This document shows, one piece after another, positions 38,928 to 49,316 of a stretch of 64,000 bases of DNA. Under the pieces are notes generated by a model. The model saw only the letters and a list, made by a program, of their open reading frames with translations. It was not told the DNA's origin and searched no databases. Origin of the DNA: Candidatus Latescibacterota bacterium (GTDB lineage: Bacteria > Latescibacterota > UBA2968). The stretch is taken from positions 2,976,001 to 3,040,000 of the forward strand of contig OZ241986.1 of assembly GCA_965204375.1 (NCBI GenBank), written 5' to 3'. How positions within the stretch are numbered: position 1 is the stretch's first letter; every line of letters begins with the position of its first letter. The translations under genes were made by a program, and so were the position numbers.

Positions 38928-40046
38928 ATGGCACACGCATACACACCCGGTCTTCGCGTCACCCCGCAGACCCTTCTGCAACGCCAGCGCCAACTCCCCC
39001 TCAAAGGTGAAGTCGTCGTATCACAAGGCGATAGCGTGACGCGCGATCAGGTCGTTGCCCACACGCACCTGCCCGGCAACGTCACCACCCTCAATCTGGT
39101 CAATATCCTGAGTTGTACGCCAGAAGAATTGCCCAATTACATGCTCAAACGCGAAGGCGACCCCGTCGAAGCCGACGAACCCATTGCCGAAACCCGCCCC
39201 TTCATCAAATGGTTCAAAACCACCGTTAAAGCACCCATTAGTGGCACCCTTGAAAGCATCTCTAAAATTACCGGACAGGTCATTTTTCGCGCGCCGCCCC
39301 GCCCCGTTCAGGTACAGGCATACATCGATGGCAATGTGATAGAAATTCTGCCCGAAGAAGGCGTCGTTATCGAAACCACAGGTGCATTTGTGCAGGGCAT
39401 ATTTGGCGTAGGCGGTGAAACCTGGGGACCTCTGCGCGTCATCTCCGAAGAGCCAGACCAAGTTCTAACCCCCGACCAAATCGACGACTCGTGCGCGGGA
39501 AAAATCGTCGTAGGCGGCAATCTGCTTACCCTCGACGTAATTGACAAAGCGCGGGAAAGCGGTGCCGTGGGCATCATTGGAGGCGGCATCCGAGACGCCG
39601 ATTTGCGCGACCTGCTCGGTTACGACCTCGGCGTAGCCATCACCGGCACCGAGAATATCGGCCTCACCGTTATTGTCACCGAAGGCTTTGGCCCCATCGC
39701 AATGGCGCGCAAAACCTTTGGCATACTGAGCGAAAACAATGGCAAAGAAGCCTCTATCTCGGGTGCCACGCAGATCCGCGCTGGCGTTTTGCGTCCCGAA
39801 ATCATCATTCCAGAATCCACCATCCACGAGCAAGCCGACGAATCCGATAATCCGGGCCTCATCAAAGGGGCACTCCTGCGCGTAATTCGCGCACCCTATT
39901 TTGGCCAGGTGGGCAAAGTCACGGCACTGCCACCCGAATTGCAAACAGTCGAATCCGAAACCCATGTGCGCGTACTCGAAGTAGAATTTGACAATGGCAA
40001 CCGCGCCATTGTCCCGCGCGCCAACGTCGAACTCATCGAAGAGTAA
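38928..40046 (+). CDS. Conserved hypothetical protein with barrel-sandwich (biotinyl/lipoyl-like) segments and C-terminal KOW-like motif
   Basis: VSQGDSV, KREGDPVEADEPIAE..VKAPISG, TEGFG, RVIRAPYFGQVGKV, VPRANVELI. Confidence 0.75.
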   Translation: MAHAYTPGLRVTPQTLLQRQRQLPLKGEVVVSQGDSVTRDQVVAHTHLPGNVTTLNLVNILSCTPEELPNYMLKREGDPVEADEPIAETRPFIKWFKTTVKAPISGTLESISKITGQVIFRAPPRPVQVQAYIDGNVIEILPEEGVVIETTGAFVQGIFGVGGETWGPLRVISEEPDQVLTPDQIDDSCAGKIVVGGNLLTLDVIDKARESGAVGIIGGGIRDADLRDLLGYDLGVAITGTENIGLTVIVTEGFGPIAMARKTFGILSENNGKEASISGATQIRAGVLRPEIIIPESTIHEQADESDNPGLIKGALLRVIRAPYFGQVGKVTALPPELQTVESETHVRVLEVEFDNGNRAIVPRANVELIEE

Positions 40047-40063
40047 ACGACTCCATCGGGAGA

Positions 40064-41275
40064 TTGCGTATGAGATATTTTTTGTGTTGCATCACACTCG
40101 TGCTTTTTACAGCACAGTTGCATGCACAACAACCCACAGGTGTCAAAGCCGAAGACACCCCCAACGACTCGGGCGGCAGCATCACCGTTGTGTGGAACCG
40201 CGCAGAACTCCCCAACGGGGCAATGTACAAAATTGTAGTCAGCGAATCGGAAACCGGTCCTTTTCACCCCGCAGCCAATATCGACCCATCGGACAATCTG
40301 CAATCCACTGATCCCGGCACTTTTGGACACGGTGTAGAAACATTCCACAAGTTCTTTGCCAGAATCTCCAAATATGTTGATCCCGCCGACTCATCTAAAA
40401 GCATCGCCATAGAAAATGGCAAAACCTATTACGTGCAGGTCATCGCCCAACTCCCTGATGATGAAGTGTTTCCCTCGGCAATCGCAAGTGCAGAGGCTTA
40501 TGAAAATTTCTTTAACACTCTTAAAACCAACAACTTCATTCTCGGCACGATCTTCTCCCTCATCATTTTGATCAGCATTTTCCTCGCCCAAAAACGCGAA
40601 CTCTTCATCCGGCGCATCGCCGGCCTCGAAGCCCTCGACGAAGCCCTCGGCCGCGCCACGGAAATGGGCAAACCCGTGCTCTTTGCACACGGTTTGACGT
40701 CTATGGGCACTGTTTCCACCATTGCAGCAGTCAATGTGCTTTCCCGTGTGGCCAATCGCACTGCCGAATTTAATACCGAATTGCGCGTAGCCAACAACGA
40801 CCCGGTCGTCATGGCCGTGAGTCAGGAAGTCGTCAAAGAATCCTATCTCAACGCAGGTCGTCCCGATGCCTATTCAGAAGACTCAGTCTTTATGGTCGCC
40901 ACCGAACAATTCAGCTATGCCGCAGCCCTCGACGGCATGATGGTGCGCGATAGACCTGCCACCAACATCATGATGGGCTACTTCTTTGCCGAATCTCTGC
41001 TTTTAGCAGAAACCGGCGCATCCATAGGTGCGATTCAAATTGCGGGTACTGACTCCTACACCCAACTGCCCTTTTTCATCACCACCTGCGACTATACGCT
41101 CATGGGCGAAGAACTCTATGCGGCGAGTGCGTATCTCTCCCGCGAACCCAAACTGCTGGGCAGCCTTAAAGGGCAGGACATCGGCAAAGCAGTACTCTTG
41201 ATCGTTATGATTTTGGGCACACTTCTGGCAACCCTCGGAAATCAAACACTCACGCATATTTTCACCGCATATTAG
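40064..41275 (+). CDS. DUF6754-type membrane protein with periplasmic FN3-like domain
   Basis: Signal peptide; DTPNDSGGSITVVW; IRRIAGLEALDEALGRATEMGKP; TLMGEELYAASAYL. Confidence 0.75.
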   Translation: MRMRYFLCCITLVLFTAQLHAQQPTGVKAEDTPNDSGGSITVVWNRAELPNGAMYKIVVSESETGPFHPAANIDPSDNLQSTDPGTFGHGVETFHKFFARISKYVDPADSSKSIAIENGKTYYVQVIAQLPDDEVFPSAIASAEAYENFFNTLKTNNFILGTIFSLIILISIFLAQKRELFIRRIAGLEALDEALGRATEMGKPVLFAHGLTSMGTVSTIAAVNVLSRVANRTAEFNTELRVANNDPVVMAVSQEVVKESYLNAGRPDAYSEDSVFMVATEQFSYAAALDGMMVRDRPATNIMMGYFFAESLLLAETGASIGAIQIAGTDSYTQLPFFITTCDYTLMGEELYAASAYLSREPKLLGSLKGQDIGKAVLLIVMILGTLLATLGNQTLTHIFTAY

Positions 41276-41289
41276 CAGGGGACTCTTTC

Positions 41290-41949
41290 ATGCTTTTTTT
41301 ACGACGCACACTCCCGCTGATCATCGCCTTTGCAGTGGGCCTGATTGGCATTCTCGTTTTCTATATTCCACACAGCAGTGCCCAATATCTCGAGTATGAA
41401 TTGACAAAATGGGATCGCATTGTCGCTGCTTTTGCTCTGGCATTGGGCATCTATAGCCTGATGCGCTTGCATTGGGGCCGTGTTCGGCGGCAGCAAGCCG
41501 GGTGGGCATATAGCTTTCTCGTTTTCGTCGGTTTCACGGTCATGTCTATTTTTGCCATTTACAACGATGGACACGGTCCTTTCAACCCCCAGGTCGCTGA
41601 ATCAGGGCCATTTGTATGGATGTTTAATAATGTGCAGGTACCAGCCGATGCCACCATGTTTTCCATACTCGCGTTTTTTATCGCATCTGCAGCCTATCGC
41701 ACTTTTCGCGCCCGCACACCCGAAGCAGCAATCCTGCTCGTATCGGCCATCATCGTGATGATCGGTCGTGTGCCTATTGGTGGTCTCATATCCGATTCTA
41801 TACCAGAACTTTCCCAATGGCTCATGGCCGTGCCCAATCTAGCAGCCAAGCGCGGCATCTTGCTCGGTGTCAGTCTCGGCATAGTCGCCACATCACTACG
41901 CATCATCTTTGGCATCGAACGCTCTTATCTCGGCGGAGGTGAAGAATGA
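41290..41949 (+). CDS. Polytopic membrane protein
   Basis: About 6 TM; TMFSILAFFIASAAYRTFR; LRIIFGIER. Confidence 0.75.
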   Translation: MLFLRRTLPLIIAFAVGLIGILVFYIPHSSAQYLEYELTKWDRIVAAFALALGIYSLMRLHWGRVRRQQAGWAYSFLVFVGFTVMSIFAIYNDGHGPFNPQVAESGPFVWMFNNVQVPADATMFSILAFFIASAAYRTFRARTPEAAILLVSAIIVMIGRVPIGGLISDSIPELSQWLMAVPNLAAKRGILLGVSLGIVATSLRIIFGIERSYLGGGEE

Positions 41950-42776
41950 AAGAATTTTTGCTCAATATCGACCGCCGCATCATCTTCATTTTTGTTGCAC
42001 TTGGCGTCATCATTCCCGCGCTCACTTCTTTTAACCTGCCCATCAATCCCACTCCAAATGTGCAGTCTATCTACGACACCATTGAAGAAGTGGGAAAGGA
42101 AAACGGCACCGTCCTCATCTCCTTTGACTACGGTCCCGGCTCCATGCCCGAAGTACAGCCCATGGCCCTTTCGGTGTTGCGCCACTGTTTCAAGCGCAAC
42201 GTCAAAGTAGTGGGCATGTGCCTTTGGCCCCAGGGGGTAGGTTTGGCCCAACAAGCCTTTGATACAACCTCAAAGGAATTGGATGCCGAATACGGTAGCG
42301 ACTATGTCTTTCTCGGATTTAAAACCGGATTCCAATCGGTGGTTGTCAGCATGGGTCACGACTTCCACGGTACTTTCCCTCAAGATTTGCCTGGTAACAA
42401 CACAACCGAATTACCTGTCACCGAAAATATAAAGGGATTGGCGGATTTCGACTATGTGATATGCCTGGCAGCGGGCAATACGCCAGATGGAATATGGATA
42501 CCTTTCGGACAAGAACGCTACAAATTCAAATTTGGCCTCGGCTGTACGGCTGTGATGGCACCTGATCAATTTCCCTACTTGCAGTCGGGCCAAATGAACG
42601 GCATGATGGGGGGATTGGCCGGTGCCGCCGAATACGAAACCCTCGTGCAAGCCTCCGGTACCGCTACTGAAGGCATGCGCCCGCAATCCGTTGTGCATCT
42701 CATCATCATCTTCTTCATCATCCTGGGTAATGTGATGTACTTCCTCTATGGCCGCCCGAAAGGAGGTGCCCAGTGA
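41946..42776 (+). CDS. Membrane-anchored conserved protein
   Basis: IDRRIIF, SFDYGP, YGSDYVFLGF, PYLQSGQ..GLAGAAEYE; ATGA overlap. Confidence 0.75.
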   Translation: MKEFLLNIDRRIIFIFVALGVIIPALTSFNLPINPTPNVQSIYDTIEEVGKENGTVLISFDYGPGSMPEVQPMALSVLRHCFKRNVKVVGMCLWPQGVGLAQQAFDTTSKELDAEYGSDYVFLGFKTGFQSVVVSMGHDFHGTFPQDLPGNNTTELPVTENIKGLADFDYVICLAAGNTPDGIWIPFGQERYKFKFGLGCTAVMAPDQFPYLQSGQMNGMMGGLAGAAEYETLVQASGTATEGMRPQSVVHLIIIFFIILGNVMYFLYGRPKGGAQ

Positions 42777-43504
42777 GCCGCGATCATATAATTTTTATTG
42801 TCTTCTTATTCATCTTTGCCACCATCAATATCTACCTCTTTGGCTCGGGCAGCCTATCTGCGGATTGGACCGGCTTTGGTACGTTTATCGCCGCTGGCAT
42901 TACCCTATCGCTTTATAGCTTTCTCTACAAAGACAACCCCCTCTTTAAATTTGCCGAAAACCTCTATGTGGGTGTAGCTGCCGCATATACACTCAATCAG
43001 ATTTGGTACACCGTGCTTTTGGCCGATGTCGTGAATCCCCTCTCCGAACTCGACAGCGAAAACCTGAGCAATCTATGGCTCATTGTACCCACATTGCTCG
43101 GCCTCTTCATGCTCACCCAACTCTCCTCGGCAAAATTTAGCTGGCTCAGCCGCATTGCATTCGCATTTGTCGTCGGCCTGGGGGCGGGACTGGCTATTCC
43201 ACGTACCATCGCGGCTAACGTTTTGGCCCAACTGGAACCGACCATGCAACCCATAGCAGCTACCTGGGTGGGATTAGACCTGTTTATTATTCTGGTCGGC
43301 GTCGTTACGGTACTCGTCTATTTCTTCTACTCTGTCGAACACACCGGTCCCGTGGGTGTGGCGTCCAAAATTGGTATCTGGTTTCTCATGATCTCGTTTG
43401 GCGCATCATTTGGCTACACCATTATGGCGCGTCTTTCACTACTAATTGGACGCGTCGGGTTCTTGCTCGAAGACTGGCTCGTGCTCCCATTGCCTTATTT
43501 TTAA
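42773..43504 (+). CDS. Polytopic membrane protein
   Basis: YSFLYKDNPLFKFAENLYVG, FGASFGYTIMARLSLLIGR; GTGA overlap. Confidence 0.75.
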   Translation: MSRDHIIFIVFLFIFATINIYLFGSGSLSADWTGFGTFIAAGITLSLYSFLYKDNPLFKFAENLYVGVAAAYTLNQIWYTVLLADVVNPLSELDSENLSNLWLIVPTLLGLFMLTQLSSAKFSWLSRIAFAFVVGLGAGLAIPRTIAANVLAQLEPTMQPIAATWVGLDLFIILVGVVTVLVYFFYSVEHTGPVGVASKIGIWFLMISFGASFGYTIMARLSLLIGRVGFLLEDWLVLPLPYF

Positions 43505-43559
43505 TTAGAAAAAAACGGGAACGTTCAAACCCATATAGAAGTCCAAAGAAAAATCTTAC

Positions 43560-44522
43560 ATGCCCAATTCCGTGCTGACAGTTGACAACCTCCAAACGCA
43601 TTTTCATACAGACAGCGGAACAGCGAGGGCGGTAGATGGCGTATCATTCACGCTCAACAAGGGCAAAACATATGGCCTTGTTGGTGAATCGGGGTGCGGA
43701 AAAAGTGTCACTTCGCTGTCAATCATGCGATTGGTACCTCATCCTGGCCGCATTGAAAGTGGGCATATTTTTTTTCAGGACCGTGACCTGGTATCCCTTT
43801 CAGATACCGAAATGCGCGACATACGCGGCAATGACATTGCCATGATCTTTCAGGAACCCATGACCAGCCTCAACCCTGTTTACACCTGTGGGTTTCAGAT
43901 TGATGAAGCTGTGAGGCGACATCAGGGATTAGAAAAAACAAAAGCGCGAAAAAAAACAGTTGAAATGCTCCACCTCGTGGGCCTGCCCGATCCCGAGCAA
44001 CGCGCAAACGAATACCCGCACCAATTATCGGGCGGGCAACGCCAGCGCGTCATGATCGCCATGGCCCTCTCGTGCAATCCCAAAGTGCTAATTGCGGACG
44101 AACCCACAACAGCACTCGATGTCACCATACAGGCGCAAATCCTGGACCTGTTGTGCGACTTGCAGCAACAACTCGGCATGGCCGTCCTGCTCATCACACA
44201 CGACTTGGGCATTATTGCCGAAGCCGCCGATCAGGTCGCGGTCATGTACGCAGGCAAAATTGTAGAAACCGGACCATCAGACGCGATCTTTCACAACCCC
44301 AAGCATCCCTACACACAGGGCTTACTCGCATCAGTACCCCGTCTGGACATCGCGAACAAGCGCCTCAGAACCATTCCGGGCACAGTGCCCGAAGCCACGC
44401 GATTTCCATCGGGATGTCGATTTGCGGATCGATGTGAAAAGGTCGATTCAATTTGTCGAGAAACCACACCACAACTGCAAACAATTAGCGGCAATCACCA
44501 GACCGCGTGTTGGATGGCATAA
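43560..44522 (+). CDS. oppD: Oligopeptide/dipeptide ABC ATPase (OppD/DppD)
   Basis: [25 protein letters not shown]-terminal GCRF..RC. Confidence 0.9.
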   Translation: MPNSVLTVDNLQTHFHTDSGTARAVDGVSFTLNKGKTYGLVGESGCGKSVTSLSIMRLVPHPGRIESGHIFFQDRDLVSLSDTEMRDIRGNDIAMIFQEPMTSLNPVYTCGFQIDEAVRRHQGLEKTKARKKTVEMLHLVGLPDPEQRANEYPHQLSGGQRQRVMIAMALSCNPKVLIADEPTTALDVTIQAQILDLLCDLQQQLGMAVLLITHDLGIIAEAADQVAVMYAGKIVETGPSDAIFHNPKHPYTQGLLASVPRLDIANKRLRTIPGTVPEATRFPSGCRFADRCEKVDSICRETTPQLQTISGNHQTACWMA

Positions 44523-44534
44523 AGGCGAGAAATA

Positions 44535-45485
44535 GTGCTTCTTCAAGTACAAAATCTAAAAAAACACTACCCCATTTCTCAGGGACTTTGGGGACGCAAC
44601 GCCGGGCATGTCAAAGCAGTAGATGACGTCAGCTTCGATATCTCTCCCGGCGAAACCCTCGGCCTAGTCGGCGAATCCGGATGCGGAAAAACCACAACTG
44701 GACGCGCCATATTGCGCCTTATTGATGCGACATCAGGCACCGTGCGATTCAAAAATACCGACATACTCTCCCTGGGAAAAAAGCAACTTCGAACACTGCG
44801 CCGGCACATGCAAATCATCTTTCAGGACCCTTACGGATCGCTAAACCCCCGCCTCACCATCGGCGGTATCCTCTCGGAACCCCTGAAAATCCACGGCGAC
44901 AAAACAAAAGAGCGAGTCGCCGACCTGCTCAACACCGTGGGCTTATCTCCCGACGTCGCGCGCCGATATCCGCACGAATTTTCCGGTGGACAGCGACAGC
45001 GCATTGGCATTGCCCGCGCATTGGCCGTAAAACCGCAATTCATTGTCGCGGACGAACCCGTATCTGCACTCGACGTATCGATTCAGGCACAAATTGTAAA
45101 CTTGCTCCAAGATTTACAGACTCAGTTTGGCCTCGCCTATCTCTTCATCGCGCACGACCTGAGCGTGGTCAAACACATCTCCAATCGCGTGGCGGTCATG
45201 TACCTGGGCAAAATTGTCGAACTGGCAGAAAGCCAGGAACTCTACGACAATCCGCAACATCCCTATACACGCGCATTGCTCTCATCAATCCCCATACCCG
45301 ATCCGCGCGTCAGGGGATCGCGCACCATTTTAACAGGCGATGTGCCCAGCCCGGTCAACATACCTTCGGGCTGTGCATTTCATCCGCGCTGTCCCGAAGC
45401 AACGCCGGACTGCGCCCACCGCAAACCCGAACTCTTAGACATTGAACCCGGCCACAGCGTGGCCTGTATCTTGCGGCACAATTAG
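44535..45485 (+). CDS. oppF: Oligopeptide/dipeptide ABC ATPase (OppF/DppF)
   Basis: [35 protein letters not shown]. Confidence 0.9.
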   Translation: MLLQVQNLKKHYPISQGLWGRNAGHVKAVDDVSFDISPGETLGLVGESGCGKTTTGRAILRLIDATSGTVRFKNTDILSLGKKQLRTLRRHMQIIFQDPYGSLNPRLTIGGILSEPLKIHGDKTKERVADLLNTVGLSPDVARRYPHEFSGGQRQRIGIARALAVKPQFIVADEPVSALDVSIQAQIVNLLQDLQTQFGLAYLFIAHDLSVVKHISNRVAVMYLGKIVELAESQELYDNPQHPYTRALLSSIPIPDPRVRGSRTILTGDVPSPVNIPSGCAFHPRCPEATPDCAHRKPELLDIEPGHSVACILRHN

Positions 45486-45488
45486 AGG

Positions 45489-45652
45489 CGAATAGACGAA
45501 TAGACGGAGCGATGTACAACTGGCCGCTTCTCAGGCCAGTTCATAGACGAAACGAGGTAGGTTCAGGCCAGTTCATAGACGAATACCGTCCAACCACCCA
45601 AAGTTGTTACGACCCCCGTCGCTGATTCGTAGATTCGTAGATTCGTAGATTC
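45489..45652. repeat. Intergenic element with (CGAATAGA)n ... (GATTCGTA)n ends and a 21-bp direct repeat
   Basis: cgaataga x2; tcaggccagttcatagacgaa at 45531 and 45563; ccaaccacccaaa; gattcgta x3. Confidence 0.7.
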
Positions 45653-45678
45653 TCACCCACCATCTCAAGGAGTCATAA

Positions 45679-48600
45679 GTGAAGGTCTTAAAAATATTAA
45701 CGTTGCTGTGTTTCACCGGCCTCGTATCCCACACCGCCCTGGCACAGCCCCCCTCTTTAGGTCCCGCCAAAGCCATTGGAGTTGACCTCGCGAACACCCC
45801 GTTAAACCGTCCGTCTCCCGATCAAAAAAGCTACACGTATTGGACGCCTGAAACAGCCGACGGCTTTTTCCCATCACTTTTGGGGCTGCGTACGGCCAGC
45901 GCGAGAATGATCCGCACCAGATATTTCAATATCTACTTCTCTACTGCCGAAAAAACCGCGCGCCATATTGCCGACTTCTGCGATGAGGTTCTCTCGAATC
46001 TCATGCGCCATTACCCCACCTTTGTCGATCGCATTGCACCCATCCACGTCGTCGTTGACGATCAGGCGGATTATCTGGGCAATGCCTTCGCCGTGTACAG
46101 CGCCAATTACATCCACTTCTGGACCAACCCCATCGACTGGGAAATCCGCGGCACCAGCGACTGGGTACGCAATGTTTTTGTCCATGAACTCGCCCATATC
46201 GTAACTCTGAAAGCCGCCTATAAGGGCTTGCCATTCCAAATTGGCATCGTCAACGCCTCTCGCGCCAATGAAAATCCCGATTTCAGCTTTACACTTGGCC
46301 TGTATCACCTCGCTGTCAACTCGGGTTTTGCCGAAGGCATCGCGCAATACGAAGCCACCCAATACGGCGACGACCGCTGGGACACACACCGCGACATGCT
46401 CCTGCGCATGGCCGCCCTCGAAAATGATTTGCTCTCCCTCCCCAGCATGGGACAACTCGGCGGCAAGGGCAACTACCACGGCGAAATGGTCTATAATCAG
46501 GGATATGCCATGCTCAACTACATTGGCGAACGCTTTAGTCCGAGTGTTGTCAGACAAATTTTTGAACACAGACCCATTATCAACTTCAACTCCTCGCTCA
46601 AAAAAGCCACTGGCGTATCGGCCAAACAACTCTACCGCGACTGGAAAGCGCATATCGAAGAACAATACAGCGCGGTTCAAAGCGACATCCAGGAAGCCGG
46701 CGAACGCGAAGGCGAATTGATCGTCGATAAGGGCAATCTGGACTATCACCCGGTCTATTCTCCGCAAGGCAACAAGCTGGGCTTTATCTCCAACGACGAC
46801 AGCGACTATTTCATCACCGAACTCAAAGTGATGGACCTCACCACCAAAAAAGTCACAAAAATAGCCGACCGCGTCGATAATCGCTTTGTCTGGACAGCCA
46901 GCGGCGACAGCCTGATGTACATCAAAGCCGTAGGCGCGCGTTGGGACATCTTCACCTATGACACAAAAACGAAAAAAGAAACCCGCGTCACTGTGGGGCT
47001 GCGCGGCAAAGACCCCACCCTCTCCCCCGATGGCAAACAAATCGCCTTTGTAACCATGAGAGATGGCACGGCGAACATCGGCCTTGTAAACACCGACGGC
47101 ACCGATGTGCGATACCTCACAAATAACAACGACGCCACACAGTATTTTGGTCCCAAATGGTCGCCCGACGGCAAACACCTGCTCTTCAGCGTATTCCGCA
47201 CGGGCGAAGACCGCGACATTGCCATCATCGACGTGGATGCCACAACCTGGGAAAAGAAAAAAGGCAGGCGTTCGCTAAAAAAAGAGGAAGTTGACACACA
47301 ACTCGACAGCCTCCAGCAGGCAAAAGCCGACAGCCTCAAGGCATTTCCCGACAGCCTCGCCTATGCCAACAATGCCAACTTCAAAGCCATCGTACACTCC
47401 ACAGCCGACGAACGCGACCCTATCTGGCTGCCCGATAGCAGCGGATTTGTCTTCAGTTCGGACCGCACGGGCATCTTCAACCTCTACACCCACGACATGG
47501 CGACCGGAGAACAAAAGCAACTGACCAATGTTGTGGGCGGCGCGTTTTTGCCCACTATTTCTCCCGATGCCAAATATGTGATCTACGCGGGGTATCACGC
47601 AGCAAACTACAACCTCTATCGCATACCCATCTCCGAGGCCGTTGCCGTTGATCCCCCCGAGGGTATTGCGCGAGACTATGCCGAGATTTACACCGGCAAA
47701 TCCATCACCGACCTTCACGACATCGGGCGGTATTCCACGCGCCTCGTCTCCTACGGCATCACACCCATCGCATTGCTGGGCCCCACATTTATCGGCAACC
47801 GATTCGGCCTGGATCAAATCAGCGCGGGATTTCAATGGGCCTGGGGCGACCTGCTCGGCAGCGACGTTTTTGTAACCACCGCCCTGATCGGCAAAAACTT
47901 CAGACGACAACAAGACTTCAACTCGGAATTTGCCTTCTACTACCAGAACAGCCTCACCCCCATTCTATCTGAACAAAGCACCTATGTCCCCCGCATCTTC
48001 TTTGGAGGCAGCAGGCAAACCATCAACAGTATCGTGGATTTGGGCACTGTCCAAACCGTGCGCGATACACTCAGCGGCACACTGATCACCACAAACGACG
48101 AGGGGCAACAGGTTCTAATCCCCAATGTTACGCAGCACTTAGACCTCACGGTTACAGAAGAAGACGATTTCAAGGATGTTTTCTCGGATTTTACGGTAGG
48201 CACCGAAATGGGGGTAGGCCGCGGACACTATTTCAGCCTGGCTTATGGCTACCGCAAGTATTCTGAGAACCTGCACGCCGTCCAGGTCCTTCACGACAGC
48301 TCTCGCGTATTTCAGACCAATTTGGGGACCGGTGCTATTGAAGACATCACCGATCAGATCCCCGGTCCGGGCTATGCATCGCAAGAAACCCTTCTCGACG
48401 ATTTTCTCTACAAAGAACTCGATTTCTTCAAAAGTAACGAATGGATGGGTGGTTGGAGCTACATCACCCTCAAACCCGCAACCGACCTCTACATCAACCC
48501 ATCGGGGGGGCGCGCATTATCCTTCCGCTATCGGCGCATCAATGCAACCGTAATAGATTCACTGGCCCGCACGCCAGATCTGAACGAGGACTTTGTCCCG

Positions 48601-49254
48601 GATGCAATCGGCGAAGACCTGTCACCCGCATTTTTCCGAGGCGATAAAGTCAACGTGGGATTCAACGAATACATCGCCTCCTTCAATGAATTTATCCCGC
48701 TCGTTGGCCGCTCAACACTCGCCCTACAGGTCTTTGGAGCCTACAAAGACAGCTACGTCAAAGAAGTACAACAAGAAGGCGGCACATTTGAAGGCGTATT
48801 CTATTACCCCCTGCGCTATTATCTCGGTGGTCTGGGCACCTTGCGCGGATATCCGTATTTCACAATCGCAGGCGGCAAAGCCCTCTTTGGTCGCACCACG
48901 CTGACCCTGCCCATCTTTAAGCACATCGGTGCGGAACTGCCGCCCCTCTTTTTTGACAAAGTTTACGCCTCGCTCTTCTTTGAGTTTGGCGGCACATCCA
49001 ATGCCGCCAGCATCGGCGATATTTTTGACGTAAATGAAGAAGTACACAGTGGGCGATGGGACAAATTCAAAAACTCTTTCCTATTTGACTACGGTGCCGA
49101 AATCCGATTCCAGATATTTTCACATTACCGCCTACCCATGTTCGGCTATTTCATCGTCGCCCGTCCCACCAAACTCGAAGTCCCAGCCCGCAACAACCCC
49201 GATATCATCGAAGAGGTCAGTGGGACGCGATTCTATTTTGGCCTGTCATTGTAA
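45679..49254 (+). CDS. Large outer-membrane protein: gluzincin-like peptidase + TolB/PD40 propellers + C-terminal beta-barrel
   Basis: Signal peptide; VHELAH...AEGIAQY; SPDGKQIAF, WSPDGK repeats; LGGLGTLRGY and terminal RFYFGLSL (Omp85-like). Confidence 0.75.
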   Translation: MKVLKILTLLCFTGLVSHTALAQPPSLGPAKAIGVDLANTPLNRPSPDQKSYTYWTPETADGFFPSLLGLRTASARMIRTRYFNIYFSTAEKTARHIADFCDEVLSNLMRHYPTFVDRIAPIHVVVDDQADYLGNAFAVYSANYIHFWTNPIDWEIRGTSDWVRNVFVHELAHIVTLKAAYKGLPFQIGIVNASRANENPDFSFTLGLYHLAVNSGFAEGIAQYEATQYGDDRWDTHRDMLLRMAALENDLLSLPSMGQLGGKGNYHGEMVYNQGYAMLNYIGERFSPSVVRQIFEHRPIINFNSSLKKATGVSAKQLYRDWKAHIEEQYSAVQSDIQEAGEREGELIVDKGNLDYHPVYSPQGNKLGFISNDDSDYFITELKVMDLTTKKVTKIADRVDNRFVWTASGDSLMYIKAVGARWDIFTYDTKTKKETRVTVGLRGKDPTLSPDGKQIAFVTMRDGTANIGLVNTDGTDVRYLTNNNDATQYFGPKWSPDGKHLLFSVFRTGEDRDIAIIDVDATTWEKKKGRRSLKKEEVDTQLDSLQQAKADSLKAFPDSLAYANNANFKAIVHSTADERDPIWLPDSSGFVFSSDRTGIFNLYTHDMATGEQKQLTNVVGGAFLPTISPDAKYVIYAGYHAANYNLYRIPISEAVAVDPPEGIARDYAEIYTGKSITDLHDIGRYSTRLVSYGITPIALLGPTFIGNRFGLDQISAGFQWAWGDLLGSDVFVTTALIGKNFRRQQDFNSEFAFYYQNSLTPILSEQSTYVPRIFFGGSRQTINSIVDLGTVQTVRDTLSGTLITTNDEGQQVLIPNVTQHLDLTVTEEDDFKDVFSDFTVGTEMGVGRGHYFSLAYGYRKYSENLHAVQVLHDSSRVFQTNLGTGAIEDITDQIPGPGYASQETLLDDFLYKELDFFKSNEWMGGWSYITLKPATDLYINPSGGRALSFRYRRINATVIDSLARTPDLNEDFVPDAIGEDLSPAFFRGDKVNVGFNEYIASFNEFIPLVGRSTLALQVFGAYKDSYVKEVQQEGGTFEGVFYYPLRYYLGGLGTLRGYPYFTIAGGKALFGRTTLTLPIFKHIGAELPPLFFDKVYASLFFEFGGTSNAASIGDIFDVNEEVHSGRWDKFKNSFLFDYGAEIRFQIFSHYRLPMFGYFIVARPTKLEVPARNNPDIIEEVSGTRFYFGLSL

Positions 49255-49271
49255 AGCCATCTCTCGCAATC

Positions 49272-49306
49272 AAGTGCTCCGCCTGTTTATAAGGCGGAGC
49301 ACTTTT
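49272..49306 (+). terminator. Intrinsic terminator-like hairpin
   Basis: aagtgctccgcct-gtttata-aggcggagcactt followed by T residues. Confidence 0.7.
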
Positions 49307-49316
49307 CGCTATTTTA

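Noticed and set aside
45531-45583. 21-bp direct repeat as a mini-CRISPR
   Set aside because: Only two copies with an 11-bp spacer, no cas genes; part of a dispersed repeat element.
37012-47178. Long antisense ORFs (37012-38181, 45874-47178 and similar)
   Set aside because: Shadows of well-supported plus-strand genes, with no motifs.
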